Shown one piece after another: positions 60,676-64,000 of a stretch of 64,000 nucleotides of DNA (positions within the stretch are counted from its first letter, which is position 1; every line of letters begins with the position of its first letter). The notes under the pieces are model-generated. The model was not told where the DNA came from. It was given only the letters and a program-made list of their open reading frames with translations, and did not search any database. A program made the position numbers and the translations under genes. This stretch comes from Nitrospira sp. GTDB lineage: Bacteria; Nitrospirota; Nitrospiria; Nitrospirales; Nitrospiraceae. The stretch covers positions 2,075-66,074 of the forward strand of contig JANDJK010000003.1 of assembly GCA_024330925.1 (NCBI GenBank), written 5' to 3'.

Positions 60676-61251
60676 GTGCTGTTTTTCGTGGCGACTATGA
60701 GACAGGGATTTTCACATCGGCGAGAGAAGCCCCCCTTTTCGCTCGTGGTGGTTGGATGGGTCACCGCCTGGATCGCCTGGCTCACCGTTCTTGAACCTCT
60801 GGCAGCCGTTTCCATGCTCAATGACCCCGGTGGCTTCCACGGTATTCGCTGGGGGAGTCCGCTTTCATCCAGGAATGACCTCGAGTTACTGCGAGCTAGC
60901 AGTCACATCACGGAATATCGTTCCAAAACGGGCGACACCACGTTTGCTGGAGCCGAAATGACCAGCATTTCGTTCGTGGCATTGAACGATCAGTTCGCCC
61001 GGGTGACCATTCGATACGAAGGAGAGGCGATCCACAAGCAAGTGTTGAATTTCCTTGAATCCCATTATGGGGCTCTCCAGAGAATTCCAGGACAGATGAC
61101 GCGAGGGCTGAACCAGCAATACACTTGGCGTGGGCCAGACACTGAAATCTCGCTGACCTACCAAGCCAACACACAACGGGGATTCATCTTTATCGACAGT
61201 CGGACCCTGGCACCCCGGTTCAACGATGACTTAACCGATTCGGCCGAATGA
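60676..61251 (+). CDS. Exported hypothetical protein
   Basis: SD AGGAGG before GTG; hydrophobic N-terminal segment; FHGIRWG...YTWRGPDTEI. Confidence 0.75.
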   Translation: MLFFVATMRQGFSHRREKPPFSLVVVGWVTAWIAWLTVLEPLAAVSMLNDPGGFHGIRWGSPLSSRNDLELLRASSHITEYRSKTGDTTFAGAEMTSISFVALNDQFARVTIRYEGEAIHKQVLNFLESHYGALQRIPGQMTRGLNQQYTWRGPDTEISLTYQANTQRGFIFIDSRTLAPRFNDDLTDSAE

Positions 61252-61356
61252 CGTGCGACTCTTCCTTTCTTCCTTCCCCCTGTTCCTCAACCAAAGGGCA
61301 TGACAATGGCCAATCAACCGACCTCTCGATGACGCAGCCCGTGCGCAAACTTTTGA

Positions 61357-61386
61357 TTGACATCTCGCCCATGGCTTTCGCATCAT
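61357..61386 (+). promoter_or_regulatory. Possible promoter giving a leaderless pepM transcript
   Basis: TTGACA-18-CATCAT; predicted start site coincides with ATG 61394; no SD present. Confidence 0.3.
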
Positions 61387-63070
61387 GGCGGCCATGACCA
61401 ATGCTCAGAAACTTCGAGCCGCCCTCAAACGACCTGGCGCCTTGAAAATCGTGGGTGCCCACGACGCGCTCAGTGCCCGCCTCATCGAGCAAGCCGGCTT
61501 CGACGGCATTTGGGTCAGTGGGTTCGCTGTCTCGGCGGCGCTGAAATGTGTCCCCGACGCCAGTTTCATCGACTCCAGTGAACAACTCGCCGTCGAACGG
61601 AACATCGTCGAAGCGGTCAACATTCCCGTCATCTCTGACTGCGACACTGGCTACGGCAACGCCTTGAACGTGATGCGCACCGTCAACGACCGCGAGCGCG
61701 CTGGTGTTGCCGGTATCTGCCTCGAAGACAATGTGTACCCAAAACGATGCAGCTTCTACGCCGGTGTACGCCGAGAATTGATTCCCATTAACGAGCACTG
61801 CGGCAAGATCAGAGCGGCCAAGGCTGCCCAGATGTCTCCCGATTTTCTGATCATTGCAAGGACCGAGGCCTTGATTGCGGGGTGGGGACAAGAAGAAGCA
61901 CTGAAACGAGCGGAGGCCTATGCCGAAGCAGGTGCTGATGCGGTGCTGATCCATTCAAAGTCCAAAAACTTCGACGAGCTACGGGCTGTCTATCGAGCGT
62001 GGTCTGGTCGGGTTCCACTCGTTGTCGTACCTACAATTTTCGATCAAACCACAGCAGCGGAGATGGAAGAGGCCGGTGCCAAGATCATCATCTACGCCAA
62101 CCAACCGGTGCGGGCAGCGATCCGCGCCATGCGGGAGGCGCTTCGTCGCATCAAAGAAGACACGCGCCCTGGAGCCGCCAATGATTTAATTGTCCCACTT
62201 CAGGATGTCTATGACCTAGTCGGCGTTTCAGAGATGGAACGTCATGAACGGGAATTCCTCCCCGTGGGTGGAGAAAAGATCACCGCCGTGATTGCCGCAG
62301 CGGGATTTGAAAAACAGTTGCTGCCCCTCATCGAAGATAAACCCAAGTGCCTGCTCGACATCAAGGGCAAAACCATTCTTGACCGACAGGTAGCGGCACT
62401 GAATGCCTGCAACATCAAGGACATCGCCCTGATACGGGGATATAAGAAAGAAGCCATTACCCTCCCCCATATCCGCTACTATGACAACGACTGCTACGAA
62501 ACCACAGGCGAGCTCTTTTCCCTGTTCTGTGCCGAAAATGAATTGAACGGACGAATCATTGTCCTCTATGGCGATATCATCTTTGACACTGCCATCCTGG
62601 AGAAGCTGCTCAAGAGCCCAGCCGACATTGCCATCGTCGTGGATCTAGCCTGGTTTGACCAGAGCCAACACCATGCGCCAGTACCCCATCTGAATCCTGA
62701 TTTAGTCTCCCTTGCCGAGCTGCCAGACCGAAGCTATCTGTCACGGTTCATGGTCTCCGAGGGAGACCACCGCGTTGTCAAGATCGGCCGACACATCCCC
62801 CCCAGCAACGCCCACGGTGAATTCATCGGCATGGCCATGTTCTCCGAAAAGGGCACCCAAGCACTGCGCGACTGTTACCGGGCAGCCCAGGCACGACCTC
62901 TCCCTCACGGCTTCCACGAGGCGCCGAGCCTTGCGACCGCCTCTCTGACCGATATGATTCAAGAACTGATCGATCAAGGCCATCAAGTTCACGCCGTCCC
63001 AATCTTCAAAGGATGGATGGAGGTCGATTCGTTCGAAGAATACCAGAAAGCCTGGGCCAAGATTCGATAG
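61385..63070 (+). CDS. PEP mutase-family domain fused to C-terminal cytidylyltransferase-like domain
   Basis: GAHDALSA, WVSG, D58, D85xD87 (SDCDTGYG), E114, K120, R159 (IART), H190 (LIHS). C-terminal KPKCLLDIKG...YGDIIF...WMEVD. Located in an AEP gene context. Confidence 0.85.
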   Translation: MAAMTNAQKLRAALKRPGALKIVGAHDALSARLIEQAGFDGIWVSGFAVSAALKCVPDASFIDSSEQLAVERNIVEAVNIPVISDCDTGYGNALNVMRTVNDRERAGVAGICLEDNVYPKRCSFYAGVRRELIPINEHCGKIRAAKAAQMSPDFLIIARTEALIAGWGQEEALKRAEAYAEAGADAVLIHSKSKNFDELRAVYRAWSGRVPLVVVPTIFDQTTAAEMEEAGAKIIIYANQPVRAAIRAMREALRRIKEDTRPGAANDLIVPLQDVYDLVGVSEMERHEREFLPVGGEKITAVIAAAGFEKQLLPLIEDKPKCLLDIKGKTILDRQVAALNACNIKDIALIRGYKKEAITLPHIRYYDNDCYETTGELFSLFCAENELNGRIIVLYGDIIFDTAILEKLLKSPADIAIVVDLAWFDQSQHHAPVPHLNPDLVSLAELPDRSYLSRFMVSEGDHRVVKIGRHIPPSNAHGEFIGMAMFSEKGTQALRDCYRAAQARPLPHGFHEAPSLATASLTDMIQELIDQGHQVHAVPIFKGWMEVDSFEEYQKAWAKIR

Positions 63071-63230
63071 TCACACCCGCACACCACGCCACACCTCGCG
63101 CTGCTCCCAAGCAACCACCAGAAAGGACGTCCCGTCGCTTTCCAGCAAGACCTGCTGCAGAAAATCGTATTTTTCTTACCACAATGACGCACAGAAGCTA
63201 AAAAGGTGTCACACCCTATTTTCGTTTCAG

Positions 63231-63638
63231 ATGAGGCAATCCCTGAACAGCCGGGCGCTCAAACCCTCCATGCGAAAAGACAAACGGCTTGCGGAGCGGA
63301 TCACCTACACCTGCGCCGTCTCCTTCACTGGAGAGATTCCTTCTCAACCCCATCAAGGGACAGGACTAACCCAGAACATCTCCATCACCGGACTGAAAAT
63401 CATAAGTCATTCTCCAGTCACCCGCGGCACGCTTCTGACGATTTCGCTAGCTCTGCCAGATGGTCAACCGCCGCTGACGATCTATTCAGCCCATGTTGTG
63501 TGGGTCTCCGGCGCCCATTTCTCCGTGCGCTTCCTACGCCTGCACCGAGATCAGCGGAAGCGGATCCTGTCTTTTGTGTTGAAGCACATCGGTAAAGCAG
63601 CAATGAACGATTCCTGGTCTCGCTTCACACTCATGTAA
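63231..63638 (+). CDS. Single-domain PilZ protein
   Basis: RLAER (RxxxR), NISITG (NxSxxG), AHVVWV...VRF. Confidence 0.8.
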   Translation: MRQSLNSRALKPSMRKDKRLAERITYTCAVSFTGEIPSQPHQGTGLTQNISITGLKIISHSPVTRGTLLTISLALPDGQPPLTIYSAHVVWVSGAHFSVRFLRLHRDQRKRILSFVLKHIGKAAMNDSWSRFTLM

Positions 63639-63934
63639 GCGATGCATCGTGATTTTCCTTTTAGTTTGGTGCGCACCGACTGTCATACGCAACATCCTTT
63701 CTTGATCCTGTGTTCCTCGAAAACCTTGTTCTCTCCGAAGCGACCATGGTAGGGTACAGCTCGCAGGTGGGCTGTTGTTCCTCCATGTGCACCGTCGTTC
63801 CCCTCTCCAACACTGTTTTCCTGTCTCTTCTGCAGTGCCCTCTCGACAAATGTGGTGAGAGATGGAGCGTCTCCTCTCTTGCGCCCCCCCACCGAACGTG
63901 GCCCGCTTGCAGTTAACAGAGAGGGGCATTCTTT

Positions 63935-64000
63935 ATGCGTCGTCTTGTGCGTCATCCCTTCATCTTGCTGGGGATCATGGGGTTCATCACCCTCATGGGC
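63935..64000 (+). CDS. Start of a membrane or secreted protein (runs off window end)
   Basis: MRRLVRHPFILLGIMGFITLMG..., with GAGGGG upstream. Confidence 0.5.
   Translation, partial: MRRLVRHPFILLGIMGFITLMG

Noticed and set aside
61385-62300. 2-methylisocitrate lyase (prpB) call based on KRC
   Set aside because: It lacks the GH of KRCGH, has LIHS rather than FPEA, has no prp genes nearby, and is fused to a cytidylyltransferase-like domain.
1-64000. CRISPR arrays, rRNA/tRNA genes, IS elements, integrases
   Set aside because: No spaced direct repeats, structural RNA signatures, or transposase or recombinase motifs were seen. The many short overlapping track ORFs are shadows of real genes.

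Overview
Chromosomal window of about 56-58% GC (rough visual estimate). Gene order and protein style resemble a Nitrospira-type (Nitrospirota) genome; this is inference from recognition, not a search. Most of it is core housekeeping DNA on the minus strand: metF/folD; ppi-rnc-fabF-acpP-fabG-fabD-fabH-plsX-rpmF-yceD; rpsR-ssb-rpsF; ychF-pth-rplY-prs-ispE; pilR-pilS-pilC; divIVA-yggT-proC-yggS-pgeF; a dcw cluster from ftsZ to rsmH; yajQ, cstA and hsp20. Three things stand out. (1) At 54.9-63.1 kb there is an apparently complete 2-aminoethylphosphonate (AEP) biosynthesis and activation cluster: PEP mutase-cytidylyltransferase fusion, split phosphonopyruvate decarboxylase, AEP transaminase, stand-alone cytidylyltransferase, NTP-transferase/CDP-alcohol phosphotransferase fusion and a flippase-like membrane protein. 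It probably makes a phosphonolipid. Its PEP mutase has a non-canonical loop, EDNVYPKRCS instead of EDK-x5-NS. (2) The dcw promoter keeps three 10-bp-phased GTGG (MraZ-type) boxes, but no mraZ gene lies in front of rsmH. (3) A decayed 2.5-kb accessory islet between rpsF and ychF holds frameshifted nucleotidyltransferase, nuclease and hypothetical genes. No rRNA, tRNA, CRISPR array, integrase or transposase was found.
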